Source of the DNA: a virus | Virus record (IMG/VR): IMGVR_UViG_3300028597_000007 | Strand: one strand, 5' to 3' | DNA: 64,000 bases | The notes under the pieces: model-generated | What the model was told of the DNA's origin: nothing | The model's database searches: none | Seen by the model: the letters and a program-made list of their open reading frames with translations, nothing else | Shown: positions 55,960 through 64,000 of the stretch, piece by piece | Layout: each line of letters starts with the position of its first letter | Position numbering within the stretch: position 1 is the stretch's first letter | Position numbers and translations under genes: made by a program

Positions 55960-56427
55960 GTGATGCCGGAATATCGTCGCTTTCGTACCTCGCTTTGCCG
56001 TCGTCTGTTCTCGGGTTACTACGCCTGGTATCTGGAGAACCGCGAAACGTTGGAAAAGATCCATCTGGTTGTTGACTACAGTCAGATGATCGATGTGCCG
56101 TTCTTGGAGTCATACGCAACCAAGACACTGCACCCGCTGTACAACACCGAAATCCATCAAGTGATCCTCAACCTGTCGCCGGAAGCTATCCGTGGCTTTG
56201 GCGATACCGAGTATGGGATCTACTTCGATGCGCGCTTCGGCGGCGTAGATCAACATGTCGTCGTTCCTTGGGCGGCATTCATGCAGGCGTTTGTACTTGA
56301 CGAGAATAACACGGGCCAAGCGCCCATGGGCTTCTCTGGCTTCCCTCCCTATGAGTACGAGGCTGTAAAGGATGAACCAACTCCACCAACCCCAATCGGA
56401 AGACCATCTCTCTCCGTCGTCAAGTAG
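55960..56427 (+). CDS. sspB: SspB-like ClpXP protease adaptor
   Basis: HLVVD, ILNLSPEAI, FDARFGG, VPWAA, C-terminal RPSLSVVK ClpX-binding motif. Confidence 0.88.
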   Translation: MMPEYRRFRTSLCRRLFSGYYAWYLENRETLEKIHLVVDYSQMIDVPFLESYATKTLHPLYNTEIHQVILNLSPEAIRGFGDTEYGIYFDARFGGVDQHVVVPWAAFMQAFVLDENNTGQAPMGFSGFPPYEYEAVKDEPTPPTPIGRPSLSVVK

Positions 56428-56514
56428 AGAGCCTTGGTTATGCGCACTTGTCCTGGTCGTAAGCCTGGGCATTTGCGGTCTATCAGTTATCTCCTTTCTC
56501 CACTAGGAATCGTC

Positions 56515-57885
56515 ATGAACAAATTGCAAGCAACCATCCGTAACCTGCTGGAAAACGGCGTGGAGCGCTCCGATCGTACTGGGGTCGGCACCCTGGCACA
56601 GTTCGGCCATATTGACCGCTGGGACCTCGAAGCAGGTCATCCACATGAGAATGCGAAGTTCACCCCGTTCAAGATCAACGTGGCTGAGTTGATCTGGATC
56701 ATCTCGGGCTCTACTCGCCTGAAGTTCCTCAAGGAACACAAGTGCCATGTGTGGGATGAATGGGTCAAGCCTGGCACTGAAGTGTGGGGACGTGAGTATA
56801 CCTACAAGGAGCGCCTGGAGATCTTCAAGCGTAAGTGCGAAGAAGGCAAGATCCAGAAAGAGGCCGTCGATCAGTACGTCGACATTTGGATGGAGATGCA
56901 TCCGAATGCGGTGATGGATGTTGAAGCCCATGAGCTGATGCTTGAGAACTTCAACATCCACACCCATGAACTACTCGACGGTGAACTGGGTCCTGTGTAC
57001 GGTCAGCAGTGGCGCAGCATCGTCGATACTCGTCGCGTTACCTTGAGTGAGGTTGAAGGCTACGTCAAACGCGGCTACCGCTTTGTCGGTGTACTGAAAG
57101 AGTCTGGCAACTCCCAGCACACTCCTGGACGTGGACGGCGTGGTCGAGGCCGCCGCATGATACGCACCGGTACTCGGATCAAGAGCAGTGCCAAGGTAGC
57201 CATCGTTGAGCGCAAGATCGATCAGCTGCAGAACGTCATCGACCAGCTCATCAACAAACCAGACGATCGCGGTATTATCGTCAACGCCTGGCATGTGCCT
57301 GATCTGGACCAGATGGCCCTGCGCCCTTGTCACACCCTGTTCCAGTTCGACACTGAGCGTCGTCCATGGGACGAGGTGCTGAGCGACATCACTGAGTCCG
57401 AACACTGGGACGAGTGGGATGAGCGCATTCAGGGCAAGTCCTCCCTCAAGAAAGAGGCGGAAGACTGGATCGAGGCCCGCAATGGCCGTGGGTTCCGTTC
57501 GCCGGACTTCTACGAATTCATCTACGAGTTTGCAGAGTCCAAACGTGTCCCCACTCGCAAACTGAGCTGCCTGCTCTACATGCGTTCGAACGACAGCTTC
57601 CTCGGGCGTCCATTCAACATCACCCAGTACGCTTTGCTGACCCGCATGGTGGCCCAGGTGGTGAACATGCATCCAGGCGAATTCGTTCTGGTCAACGGCA
57701 ACCTACACCTCTACAAGAACCACATCGAAGCGGCGAAGACCCTGCTGGAACAGAAGGGCGATCGTCCTCTGCCATGGGTCAACATCAACCCAGATGTCAA
57801 GCGTATCGAGGACTTCAAGGTTGAAGACTTCGAACTCATCAACTATGACCATGGGCCGAAGATCGGCGCACCGGTGGCAGTATGA
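56515..57885 (+). CDS. thyA: Thymidylate synthase with large insertions
   Basis: DRTGVGT, GELGPVYGQQWR, MALRPCH catalytic Cys, RSNDSFLGRPFN, HLYKNH. Confidence 0.95.
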   Translation: MNKLQATIRNLLENGVERSDRTGVGTLAQFGHIDRWDLEAGHPHENAKFTPFKINVAELIWIISGSTRLKFLKEHKCHVWDEWVKPGTEVWGREYTYKERLEIFKRKCEEGKIQKEAVDQYVDIWMEMHPNAVMDVEAHELMLENFNIHTHELLDGELGPVYGQQWRSIVDTRRVTLSEVEGYVKRGYRFVGVLKESGNSQHTPGRGRRGRGRRMIRTGTRIKSSAKVAIVERKIDQLQNVIDQLINKPDDRGIIVNAWHVPDLDQMALRPCHTLFQFDTERRPWDEVLSDITESEHWDEWDERIQGKSSLKKEAEDWIEARNGRGFRSPDFYEFIYEFAESKRVPTRKLSCLLYMRSNDSFLGRPFNITQYALLTRMVAQVVNMHPGEFVLVNGNLHLYKNHIEAAKTLLEQKGDRPLPWVNINPDVKRIEDFKVEDFELINYDHGPKIGAPVAV

Positions 57886-58199
57886 CTTGCGACATTGCGG
57901 TCTACGATGGTCGTGGTCTGAGTGAGGAGACAGACGGTAAGGGGTATCCTGTCCACCTGTTTGCATTCTCTTCGCAGGGCTATGGCTTTCTTGTTCACAC
58001 GGGTCTCTACCAGATCCCCCGTATCCTGACCCCCGATGGCCTGCGTGGTATCTACTTGAACGAACATCGCGTACAGGTGGCGGAGGCTCTCAGGAAGTAC
58101 AAGGGCATCGCTGGTTTTGACCTGCCCCGTCCCGATGAGTTGTTTGCAGCTATCTCAAGACATCAGTTCTTGGTTGACCTGCAAATCGGTTATCGGTAA
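57882..58199 (+). CDS. Hypothetical protein
   Basis: ATGA overlap with thyA. Confidence 0.7.
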   Translation: MTCDIAVYDGRGLSEETDGKGYPVHLFAFSSQGYGFLVHTGLYQIPRILTPDGLRGIYLNEHRVQVAEALRKYKGIAGFDLPRPDELFAAISRHQFLVDLQIGYR

Positions 58200-58203
58200 A
58201 CCG

Positions 58204-58238
58204 CATACGGCCAGGGGGATGACCCCTGGCCTTTATGA
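58204..58238. terminator. Hairpin flanked by CATA/TATG
   Basis: CATAC-GGCCAGGGG-GATGA-CCCCTGGCC-TT-TATG. Confidence 0.8.
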
Positions 58239-58253
58239 CACTAGGAGAATTAC

Positions 58254-58988
58254 ATGATCATTCCACGCACGCAGGTTATACCCCTCACTGAACCAGTTGG
58301 GTGTATCACCCCCTATCAGTCTTGGTTGTTGTCAAGTAGGCAGACCATTTCTGGTAAGACCGTGATCAAGAAAATACTGGACGGTTTCATTGTTGGTGAT
58401 GCCGAACTTGACCCGCGACCGAAGCTTCTACTTTGCTTCTCTACCCAAACCAACAACCTTGAAATCGACGGACCCAAAGACTGCAAAATCGAAACGGTTC
58501 ATGTGACCGAGGACCTGATGCAGCTCAAAGTCTTGGCAGCGCAAATTATCTTTGAATTCGAGCGCGTCAACAGGGAAGGTTACCGGGTAGTTGGGTTAGT
58601 GCTGGACGAGCTGGTTACCAACGAGTATGTGGAGAGCATTGTGCAGCGGACCGAGCAACTGATAGGGGAGGTAGCCGAGCGTGATCGCCCTGAGATCGAG
58701 CGTAATACTTGGTCGCCGATCAACGCGTTCTATCGCTATCTGCGCGGTACCTTCTGCAAGTGGGGTTACTGCTTAATTGTTCATCACCCACTCGACAAGC
58801 GTCTGAACGACGTGGCGTATGAAGATGTACTTCCACCTGGATGGTACAACGGAACGCGTACCCTGGCTCAGGAGTTCGACGCCGAAGCAATGGTGTATCT
58901 ATCTGGTCCTGACGAGTACACCGCCCTACGCGGTAAGCTGCGCCACGTCGAGGTCGACTTCACCGAGGAAGTGAGGGTTAAACTGTGA
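58254..58988 (+). CDS. Hypothetical protein, possibly a degenerate RecA/DnaB-like fold
   Basis: AGGAG SD; SGKT, GLVLDEL, HHPL and GWYNG...LAQEFDAE segments. Confidence 0.7.
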   Translation: MIIPRTQVIPLTEPVGCITPYQSWLLSSRQTISGKTVIKKILDGFIVGDAELDPRPKLLLCFSTQTNNLEIDGPKDCKIETVHVTEDLMQLKVLAAQIIFEFERVNREGYRVVGLVLDELVTNEYVESIVQRTEQLIGEVAERDRPEIERNTWSPINAFYRYLRGTFCKWGYCLIVHHPLDKRLNDVAYEDVLPPGWYNGTRTLAQEFDAEAMVYLSGPDEYTALRGKLRHVEVDFTEEVRVKL

Positions 58989-59236
58989 GCGGCTATGCAT
59001 ATCTGTTGTTCACAACCACAATGGTGTTAGGTGGTCACGGCAATAGTGCCAACACCGCTGTCGCCTCCAATGCCACCCACGTGGAATCCAAGGCCGACTG
59101 CATGCAGGGCGTCAAAGACTTCATTGGCCAAAGCAACTTCAAGCTTATGGGCAATGAAGGTTCGTCTCAGATAGAGGTGGCCGGACGTACCATTGTCAAG
59201 ATGGCTACCTGTTCAATTAGCGAAGGGGATTCGTAA
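58985..59236 (+). CDS. Small protein with signal-peptide-like N-terminus
   Basis: GTGA overlap; hydrophobic N-terminus; two Cys. Confidence 0.6.
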   Translation: MSGYAYLLFTTTMVLGGHGNSANTAVASNATHVESKADCMQGVKDFIGQSNFKLMGNEGSSQIEVAGRTIVKMATCSISEGDS

Positions 59237-59691
59237 TGGAACTTGCAGAAAAGATTCGCCGCATTCAGACCGAGCTGGGCAAGCCTTGTTCTGTCAATCA
59301 ATGCGGTCCTGGTGTCATCATCCCAGAAGATCCATTGCAGGATCTGGGTGACACCGTTCTGATCCATGTATTGGTTGACGCCAATGCGCTGGATATCCAA
59401 GACGGTAAGCACGAAGACTTCGCCTGGGAGCAGGCGTACTTCACTGTGTTCAACCGCCCGTCGTTCAACGATGACCCTATCGAAGTTCAGGCCAAGTCGA
59501 TCTTCGACAACTGGACCAAGAAAGGCTTCGCCAAGAACGCACATTCGCCACATCCGGTAGAGCAGGCACTGCACTATCTCAACCTGGTGATAATGGCTCC
59601 AGGCTCCTATGGGGCCAAGAGCTGCTTCGAACGTGCCAAGGTTCTGATCCTGGCTCACTGCTCTGTCGGCCAAGGCGCTAAAGAAGCTTAA
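59236..59691 (+). CDS. Hypothetical protein
   Basis: TAATG overlap. Confidence 0.8.
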   Translation: MELAEKIRRIQTELGKPCSVNQCGPGVIIPEDPLQDLGDTVLIHVLVDANALDIQDGKHEDFAWEQAYFTVFNRPSFNDDPIEVQAKSIFDNWTKKGFAKNAHSPHPVEQALHYLNLVIMAPGSYGAKSCFERAKVLILAHCSVGQGAKEA

Positions 59692-59754
59692 GCTGTATTT
59701 CTCAATCGGGCTGGGCAATCTCCCAGCCCGCATTTGACTATCAAGGAAAACATC

Positions 59755-60633
59755 ATGACCGTAGTTGCTACCCAGAATAACCCAACCTCCGAGAAGTCCG
59801 TAAAGGTAGATATCGACCGCGGTAAACAGGTATTCAGTGCGGCTGACCTGTACAAGCAAGGCGACAATCGCTTTACCGGCGATGTGTTGCCGAATGCCGG
59901 GGATCGGGTATTTGTTCCTTGGTTCGAAGACGGCTACCACATGCTTGTTACTTCCGTAGACTACAAGACACTCAATTGGGTCCATGAGCAAGTTAACGGC
60001 GACGCCTGGAGCGCATGGTCTGCAGACCTGGAGCGCGATCAGCAGAACAAGGCCGGCGGCATTCACATGGACGAACTGACCATGGGTGCAGGACTTGTCC
60101 ACGTTCAGGTTGAGGAAAAGCCAGAAGACGACAAGGGACTCGCAGCCAAGGCCAAGCTAGCCGCTCGTACGGCTGCCCGTAAGACTGCTCAATTGATCCG
60201 CTGGTCTATCTGGGTGGCTATCTCGCTTACCATCATCTGTGCGGCTCTGGTGGTCTCCTATGGCTACAAGACCATGGTGACTGGCCACCTGTCGGACGAG
60301 CGCCCTTGTGCCATCGACTTTGGTGGCGACATGGTGGTGGGCGGTAAGCGTACCTTCAACTACCCATTCAAAGAGATCTATGGCTTCCGCATGGTGGACA
60401 CCAGCAAGATCTCTGAGCGCACCGTGGTAGATGTACGCGGCGATGCCATGACCATCGTTGGTCTCAAAGGCAAGCAACTCCTGCAATCAGAAGATTGGTC
60501 GATCAATGTGGGCGCAGGAGAGCGCGGTATCCAGATCCTCAAGGATGCCGATGTCTACACCTTCGTCGTGAATACTGGCAAGGGTCAGCCACGCGTTCGC
60601 ACCATCACCCATGACGCTATGTGCAAAGGCTAA
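59755..60633 (+). CDS. Single-pass membrane protein
   Basis: AAGGA SD; central TM segment WSIWVAISLTIICAALVVSYG. Confidence 0.85.
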   Translation: MTVVATQNNPTSEKSVKVDIDRGKQVFSAADLYKQGDNRFTGDVLPNAGDRVFVPWFEDGYHMLVTSVDYKTLNWVHEQVNGDAWSAWSADLERDQQNKAGGIHMDELTMGAGLVHVQVEEKPEDDKGLAAKAKLAARTAARKTAQLIRWSIWVAISLTIICAALVVSYGYKTMVTGHLSDERPCAIDFGGDMVVGGKRTFNYPFKEIYGFRMVDTSKISERTVVDVRGDAMTIVGLKGKQLLQSEDWSINVGAGERGIQILKDADVYTFVVNTGKGQPRVRTITHDAMCKG

Positions 60634-60647
60634 TACACGAGGGAGTC

Positions 60648-61148
60648 ATGTTCGAGACAAAAGCTGAGGGTAGCAGTTACTCCTCCACTTCTACCCGTGC
60701 AGTAAAGGAAGTGGACAAGGGTTGTTTTGTGCTGGAGCATGTCAGCACAGGCAAAGTCATTGTGGGTGTCTCTGATCATGTAACGGATGAGGTGAACCAA
60801 AACCTCAACCAACTGTACGGCGAGACCCACAAGAACAAACACATGAACGAGGTCTGCAAACGAGACCCAGAGTTGCGAGTTCATGTTTATCCAACCAAGA
60901 CTGCCGCGGCGGCTGAGAAGATCGCCAAAGAGATCAAAGGCAGCGTGGAGCCAGCGTATCTTTTTCTAGGGGATAACCTAACGAGGAAGAAACCATGCCC
61001 AGCAAAAGCGAAAAGCAAGCCCGCACAATGCGAGCCGCAGCCCACGACAAAGAGTTCGCGGACAAAGTCGGAATCCCCCAAGACGTTGCCAGAGAGTACG
61101 TCGAAGCCGATCGCAAAGAGCGGGACAAAAAAGAAGGCAAGTAAGTGA
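60648..61148 (+). CDS. Degenerate GIY-YIG-like protein
   Basis: KGCFVLEHVSTGKVIVGVS resembles GIY-x9-11-YIG; HKN motif; last about 50 aa look like a shadow of an overlapping ORF. Confidence 0.55.
   Translation: MFETKAEGSSYSSTSTRAVKEVDKGCFVLEHVSTGKVIVGVSDHVTDEVNQNLNQLYGETHKNKHMNEVCKRDPELRVHVYPTKTAAAAEKIAKEIKGSVEPAYLFLGDNLTRKKPCPAKAKSKPAQCEPQPTTKSSRTKSESPKTLPESTSKPIAKSGTKKKASK
60995..61144 (+). CDS. 49-aa conserved-type small phage protein (not in the ORF track)
   Basis: GAGG SD; MPSKSEKQARTMRAAAHDKEFADKVGIPQDVAREYVEADRKERDKKEGK. Confidence 0.75.
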   Translation: MPSKSEKQARTMRAAAHDKEFADKVGIPQDVAREYVEADRKERDKKEGK

Positions 61149-61150
61149 CT

Positions 61151-61180
61151 GGCGCCGGGGCAACCCGGCGTCTCTCTATG
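61151..61180 (+). terminator. Hairpin followed by TATG
   Basis: GGCGCCGGG-GCAA-CCCGGCGTC-TCTC-TATG. Confidence 0.6.
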
Positions 61181-61195
61181 ATCGTTGGAGATGTG

Positions 61196-61522
61196 ATGAG
61201 AAACAATAAGTTCGATTTGACCGGGTGGCACAAGCTGGGTATCTACTTCGGCCTGTTCCTGATCATCGTCGGTGGGCTGATGTACCTGCCGGACCTGGCC
61301 CATTACCAGATCAACAAGGCACACTTTGCCAAAACCAAAGGCAGTGCCGTCTGGCTCGAACACGACAACAACATGCGTCGTACCCAGTATTACGGAGAGT
61401 GTCGCCAGATGCCCAAGTTGGTGGGCGATGCTCCAGAGACTTGTGCAGGTGAAGCCTTCAGCCTTTTCCCAGATAGGAACTGGAAACTGGTTGCCGAAGA
61501 GAACATGAAGAAGGGGCTGTGA
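61196..61522 (+). CDS. Membrane-anchored protein
   Basis: GGAG SD before ATG 61196; TM segment LGIYFGLFLIIVGGLMYL. Confidence 0.75.
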   Translation: MRNNKFDLTGWHKLGIYFGLFLIIVGGLMYLPDLAHYQINKAHFAKTKGSAVWLEHDNNMRRTQYYGECRQMPKLVGDAPETCAGEAFSLFPDRNWKLVAEENMKKGL

Positions 61523-61523
61523 A

Positions 61524-62747
61524 ATGCAATTCGAATCTAAAGATGGCAAAATCCGTTTCGACGCTATTCGCATCAACCATGTGGCGTTTAGCGGTCAGGC
61601 GTTTACAGGCGCTCCGTTCGAGGGTGATGACGGCGATGGCTGGATTCATGGCGCGATCTCGGCTGGCCTGGTATCGATGGTGTCTGGTGACGCTACCGAG
61701 CACGCGGTATGGGCTGTTAACGTGGGTAATGGTGAGGCTGTGTTGGCGTCTCCGGGCGACTACGTGGTCAAACAGGTGGGTGCCGAAGCCCTTTACGTCT
61801 GCCTGGGTCCTCTATGGGAACTTCTCACGCAACCGGTACAGACCATCCAAGACGTCTGCGATGCGCTCCATGCGAAAGTAGACGCCAAGGTCGAAGCAAC
61901 GGCCAAGGAGCATCGGTCAGGGTTTGATGTGTCTGCCTGGTGTGACTACGTTGAAGAATGTCTGGGTAAGCCGGACGTTGCCTTCGACGTCGATTGGCAG
62001 CTGTTGTTCAATGAACTGCACAATGACATCGGTGAGGCCGAAACGATCACCCTGCCTCCACGGGCTTTCCGCCTGTATGGTGTCCTGACCCACATGGTCA
62101 ACCATCGAATGGAACCGGACGACCGTTACTTCCGTAACGCTGCCATGTGGGCAGAGATCATCCAAGATGCCCGTGCGAAGGGTGACCTGTTCTTGGAGCG
62201 GGTGTTGAAAGATCGGGTTGATGTTGGTGAGGATCAGGAATTGATCACTGTAGCACCTAAGCCTCGTCCTGCCACCCCAGAAGAGATCGGCCACCCTAAC
62301 CCAGTGGAAGGCCGTACCTATGGCATGGCTCTGGAATCGGCGATTCCTGTTCTGGATCAGGACAACAACCTCGTTGGCACTGCTCACGTTGGTGAGGAGA
62401 TCCAGATGAGCGCCAAGGAAGTTCTGGCAGTCAAGTCCACAGATGCACCAACCGACTACGACTCGCGCATGAACGCCTGGTGTGATCGGGTTCACCGCGA
62501 GTACCTGAACCTTCACCCCAACGTGCTGCGCCCCTGGGTGGGTTTGGCCGAAGAGGTTGAGGTTATCATGGCTGGGCGTGAGGTGGCCAGTCTACCACGA
62601 CCATGGTTGGTCGCCTACGGCACCGTACACGCTATGGCGAAGCAGTATGAGCTGTTGAAGCCAGGCCCTGACGAACTGGAGTCCCTGATGGTTAGCAAAA
62701 ACATCGGCGCTACTCTGGCCAATCAGCTGTTAGGTTCGGTCGAGTAA
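61524..62747 (+). CDS. Multi-domain hypothetical protein
   Basis: N-terminal SPGDYVVK motif; an internal helical domain appears twice (AWC..V...L.......W..L..E.....). Confidence 0.85.
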   Translation: MQFESKDGKIRFDAIRINHVAFSGQAFTGAPFEGDDGDGWIHGAISAGLVSMVSGDATEHAVWAVNVGNGEAVLASPGDYVVKQVGAEALYVCLGPLWELLTQPVQTIQDVCDALHAKVDAKVEATAKEHRSGFDVSAWCDYVEECLGKPDVAFDVDWQLLFNELHNDIGEAETITLPPRAFRLYGVLTHMVNHRMEPDDRYFRNAAMWAEIIQDARAKGDLFLERVLKDRVDVGEDQELITVAPKPRPATPEEIGHPNPVEGRTYGMALESAIPVLDQDNNLVGTAHVGEEIQMSAKEVLAVKSTDAPTDYDSRMNAWCDRVHREYLNLHPNVLRPWVGLAEEVEVIMAGREVASLPRPWLVAYGTVHAMAKQYELLKPGPDELESLMVSKNIGATLANQLLGSVE

Positions 62748-62750
62748 CAA

Positions 62751-62789
62751 GCATAACTCCCGCCCCCTCCAAGGGGCGGGAGCCTATGT
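62751..62789. terminator. Hairpin flanked by GCATA/TATGT
   Basis: GCATAA-CTCCCGCCCC-CTCCAA-GGGGCGGGAG-CC-TATG. Confidence 0.8.
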
Positions 62790-62841
62790 CGTCAACTGTA
62801 AATTTTTGCCCTAATGGTAAAACTGTTTTGGGAAATGTGTT

Positions 62842-63729
62842 ATGAATCTCGTAGCATTGAAGGCAGCCAAGAACGATCTGGTTGCATCGGTCTTTACCAA
62901 CATCATGGCCAACTGGGCAAAGGAGCCTGGCCTGGTCACATGGAAGAAGAACTTGGAAGTGGCCTACCACCACACCAAGCGTCAAGGCACTACCATCGGC
63001 CTGTTCAGCAACCTTGCTGGCAAACTGGGTGGTAAGGTTGATGACCTGCCTTTCTTCCAGATTCAGGCTGAGAGGCTTCCATTTAAGCTCATTAACGTCG
63101 AAGGGTGGAAGGTCAACTTCGGTATCAATGAGTATCTCGGGACGCGTTACAACGAAGTAGCGGCGCTCCTAGTACCGTTCATGACTTACGCGACAGTTCT
63201 TTACCACAACAAGAACAACCTGATCTGGAACATCGAGGTCGGGGACTGGACAAAACGCGAGCCTTTGGTGATTACCTTCGCCACACCTCAGTCTCTGGTC
63301 AAGCTGGCGTTGTGGGGCCACATCCTGGTGAGTGACGCCACGCTGATTGGCGCGCACACCCCACTGCCAATACCGTTACAAGTACCGGACTTTGACGAAG
63401 CACAGCTTAAGGTGTTCGACAAGTATTCGGATGAGCGCATTATCCACGAGCTGATGCGTAACCGTCACGGTAAACCGATCTTCTGGGGACCTGCGCATGC
63501 TGAACGCATTGTGGGCACCTACGACAACGCTCGACTGGAGAACGGCTACATCACCGTAGACGCCTCGCTGATCGATCCCACCGAATGGCACAGCCTGGAG
63601 ATGGGGGTGGTTATTATCCCGCGTCAACGTTACGATACTAAACGTAGTGGGCGCAAATATACCAAGCGCTACATCACCCCGCACACAGAACTGGAAGTCA
63701 GACTTCTGGTCACGATAACCAAGGAATAG
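62842..63729 (+). CDS. Hypothetical protein
   Basis: 295-aa ORF. Confidence 0.8.
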   Translation: MNLVALKAAKNDLVASVFTNIMANWAKEPGLVTWKKNLEVAYHHTKRQGTTIGLFSNLAGKLGGKVDDLPFFQIQAERLPFKLINVEGWKVNFGINEYLGTRYNEVAALLVPFMTYATVLYHNKNNLIWNIEVGDWTKREPLVITFATPQSLVKLALWGHILVSDATLIGAHTPLPIPLQVPDFDEAQLKVFDKYSDERIIHELMRNRHGKPIFWGPAHAERIVGTYDNARLENGYITVDASLIDPTEWHSLEMGVVIIPRQRYDTKRSGRKYTKRYITPHTELEVRLLVTITKE

Positions 63730-63732
63730 ATC

Positions 63733-64000
63733 ATGCTCTACATTTACGGGGAAGCACACTTTCAACCGGAGTCGGTCAAGTTTATCCACGCCGAAATCGA
63801 ACGTATCCGTCCACAAGTTCTGATCCACGAGCTACTTAACGACGCGGTACTGTCGGCCACCGATGTCAAAATCCAACTGAGCCACTGCGATGGTAAGGAC
63901 TGGTGTGACCCACGTGTCAACATCGACGTGTTCCGCTTGGCCAGTCGGTTGAAGATCCCTGTATTTGGGTGTGACCTGTCGCAGACTGAGCTGGACAGTC
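63733..64000 (+). CDS. Partial gene, possible ChaN/TIKI-like metalloprotein
   Basis: AAGGA SD; MLYIYGEAH...LIHEL...IPVFGCD; runs off the window. Confidence 0.6.
   Translation, partial: MLYIYGEAHFQPESVKFIHAEIERIRPQVLIHELLNDAVLSATDVKIQLSHCDGKDWCDPRVNIDVFRLASRLKIPVFGCDLSQTELDS

Noticed and set aside
56515-57885. dCMP hydroxymethylase or modified-base pathway
   Set aside because: The specificity residue is Asn (PFN), as in dUMP-specific ThyA; no glycosyltransferase or other modification genes seen.
17349-57885. Inteins or self-splicing introns in terminase, folA or thyA
   Set aside because: Frames are continuous, and the insertions lack Cys/Ser...His-Asn splice junctions and homing endonuclease motifs.
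1-64000. Stop-codon reassignment
   Set aside because: Recognisable genes are full length under the standard code, and TAA, TGA and TAG all end genes; the only internal stop is the single frameshift at 38024.

Overview
A 64 kb segment of a phiKZ-like (Chimalliviridae-type) jumbo myophage genome, probably infecting a proteobacterium (inferred from a proteobacterial-type SspB and GC-rich codon usage). Layout: small hypothetical genes with an XRE HTH and an HslV/proteasome-like Ntn hydrolase (0.5-8.7 kb); tail tube and sheath (-); three baseplate/virion genes and the terminase large subunit (+); three head/virion genes (-); an early-type cluster of unknown genes ending in a DarG-like macrodomain (23.7-30.8 kb); about 17 paralogous tail/fibre-associated genes (31-44.5 kb); a dTTP-supply cluster (tmk, folA, dcd, thyA); NADAR-like, AP2-like, SspB and GIY-YIG-like genes. 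No tRNA, CRISPR array, integrase or transposase was seen. The most unusual signals are non-coding: (1) at least 18 intergenic GC hairpins flanked by TATG/CATA instead of an adjacent U-tract; (2) a covarying hairpin that buries the Shine-Dalgarno of five clustered genes; (3) a 37-nt promoter-like repeat in five copies; (4) two densely base-paired gene-free regions (about 435 and 240 nt) that look like undescribed structured RNAs. All family assignments come from motif recognition by eye; no searches were run.
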